In this document: piece by piece, positions 35,934 through 37,282 of the stretch
How the letters are laid out: every line of letters begins with the position of its first letter
Numbering within the stretch: position 1 is the stretch's first letter
Assembly: GCA_041165265.1 (NCBI GenBank)
Contig: JBEANU010000273.1
Coordinates: 1 to 37,282 of the forward strand
DNA length: 37,282 bases
Direction: 5' to 3'
DNA from: Bacteroidota bacterium
GTDB lineage: Bacteria > Bacteroidota > Bacteroidia > Chitinophagales > CAIODY01
Notes under the pieces: generated by a model
Database searches by the model: none
The model's input: the letters and a program-made list of their open reading frames with translations, nothing else
Told to the model about the DNA's origin: nothing
Program-made: the position numbers and the translations under genes

Positions 35934-37282
35934 TTAATAATTCACCAACTTCTCTAAACTCTCTTTCAGCCTAGCTTTTGCTAAAAAATTATTTTCTAAC
36001 GGAATTGCAAACGGAACAGGTGTATCTAACGAAGCACAACGCATCACAGGTGCATCCAAGCTTTCAAAGCAATGCTCATTTATCCATGCAGAAATTTCAC
36101 CGCCAATGCCGCCAATCAAAGTGTATTCATGCAGCACTAAAACCTTACCTGTTTTCTTTACTGTTTTTTCAATTGCTTCATAATCCAACGGCGCTAAAGT
36201 TCTCAAGTCTAAAATCTCAGTACTAATATCTAAAGTCTTTGAAATTTCCAACGCCCAATGCACTCCAGCACCATAAGTAATAATAGAAACATCATTTCCT
36301 TCTTGTACCACATTCGCTTTGCCGATTTCAATTTCGTAATAATCGGTTGGCACCATGCCACTTACACTTCTGTACAAAGCTTTGTGTTCAAAAAACATCA
36401 CAGGGTTCGGGTCGTTAATCGCAGCAATCAACAAACCTTTTGCATCAGCAGGTGTGGATGGATAAACCACTTTCAAGCCTGGCACTTTGGTAAACCAAGC
36501 TTCATTGCTTTGGCTATGAAATGGCCCAGCACCAACGCCTGCGCCTGTTGGCATACGAACTACCACATCAGCATTTTGTCCCCAGCGATAATGAATTTTC
36601 GCCAAATTATTTACAATCTGATTAAAGCCTTCGGTAACGAAATCTGCAAATTGCATTTCCATTACCGCTTTATATTTTTCCAAACTCAATCCCAACGAAA
36701 TACCAATGATGGCGCTTTCGCAAAGTGTGGTGTTGCGAACTCTTTCTTTTCCAAATTCAGCTACAAAACCATCTGTAATTTTAAATACACCACCATATTC
36801 AGCCACATCTTGTCCCATAATGATGAGGTTGGAATGCTTTTGCATGCTTTGTTTCAAGCCTTCTGAAATGGCATCCACCAATCGAAGTTCCTTCGAGTTA
36901 TTAGTTATCAGTGATGAGTTATTAGTTGGAAAATACGGAGCAAAAATGTCGTTCACTTCTTCTTCTGTATTTGCAATTGGTTCAGGCGATGCAAAACATT
37001 TTTCCAAATTAATTTCTATTTCGTGTTTGAAATTTGCTTTGGTTTCATCAATAAATTGTTGAGTAATAATTTTTTCATCCAACAAATATTTTTCAAAATT
37101 CATCACTGGGTCTAATTTTCCCCATTGCTCAAAAAGCTCTTTGGGCACATATTTCACACCACTTGCTTCTTCATGGCCTCTCATTCTGAACGTCATTGCT
37201 TCAATCAAAATTGGTTTTTGATTTTCGATACAATATTTTTTTGCTTCGCTAATTTGATGATAAACTTCCAACAAATTATTTC
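35934..37282 (-). CDS. fused 2-oxoacid dehydrogenase E1 component alpha/beta (5' end outside window)
   Basis: The frame is open to the right window edge. The end of the alpha part (ILIEAMTFRMRGHEE) is followed by the beta/transketolase-like part (IIMGQDVAEYGGVFKIT...FADF...). Confidence 0.85.
   Translation of the reverse strand, partial: NNLLEVYHQISEAKKYCIENQKPILIEAMTFRMRGHEEASGVKYVPKELFEQWGKLDPVMNFEKYLLDEKIITQQFIDETKANFKHEIEINLEKCFASPEPIANTEEEVNDIFAPYFPTNNSSLITNNSKELRLVDAISEGLKQSMQKHSNLIIMGQDVAEYGGVFKITDGFVAEFGKERVRNTTLCESAIIGISLGLSLEKYKAVMEMQFADFVTEGFNQIVNNLAKIHYRWGQNADVVVRMPTGAGVGAGPFHSQSNEAWFTKVPGLKVVYPSTPADAKGLLIAAINDPNPVMFFEHKALYRSVSGMVPTDYYEIEIGKANVVQEGNDVSIITYGAGVHWALEISKTLDISTEILDLRTLAPLDYEAIEKTVKKTGKVLVLHEYTLIGGIGGEISAWINEHCFESLDAPVMRCASLDTPVPFAIPLENNFLAKARLKESLEKLVNY

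Noticed and set aside
20954-37062. Remaining short nested or antisense ORFs: 17137-17325, 20954-21157, 20962-21153, 23391-23573, 24681-24863, 25444-25650, 25743-25982, 26212-26448, 27026-27404, 27779-28072, 30028-30453, 31115-31399, 31834-32025, 32916-33119, 35978-37062
   Set aside because: All are embedded in or opposite to longer ORFs with clear family signatures. No independent signals support them.
1-37282. Search for tRNA, rRNA, CRISPR arrays, transposases, integrases and prophage genes
   Set aside because: No cloverleaf-like or rRNA-like segments were seen, and the intergenic regions are all under about 380 bp. There are no regularly spaced short direct repeats and no recombinase or transposase-like ORFs. 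A tRNAscan or Infernal run would be the decisive check.

Overview
AT-rich chromosomal segment that looks like Bacteroidota. Supporting signs are type A and type B T9SS C-terminal sorting domains, TAnnTTTG -7 promoter motifs, a GH3-family gene and a fused E1 alpha/beta dehydrogenase. Most of the window is housekeeping or envelope genes: M49 dipeptidyl-peptidase III, porin, SulP transporter plus beta-carbonic anhydrase, GH3, ApaG, LD-carboxypeptidase, LemA, nucleoid-associated protein, Psd, RNase Y, RecQ, L25/Ctc, TatC, PyrR-like. No tRNA, rRNA, CRISPR array, transposase or integrase was seen. Four regions stand out. (1) At 1.2-3.7 kb, four copies of a structured 135-200 bp repeat each sit directly 3' of a small gene unit (two toxin-antitoxin pairs, a DUF2442 gene, a frameshifted small gene). 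One copy has an inverted hairpin loop. (2) At 7.5-12.7 kb, a coupled ABC-HlyD-TolC operon is bracketed by two paralogous 104-aa membrane-anchored proteins of unrecognised family. The ABC protein keeps Walker A but has non-canonical signature, Walker B and H-loop motifs. (3) At 18.45-19.45 kb, a T9SS surface-protein gene is split by a G10 tract, making it a phase-variation candidate. (4) At 34.0-35.9 kb, a patchwork islet holds an AlbA_2/Schlafen-like gene between a RhuM-like gene lacking its Fic/Doc part and a 5' remnant of an AlkZ-like gene. All calls come from reading the sequence and from motif recall; no searches were run.
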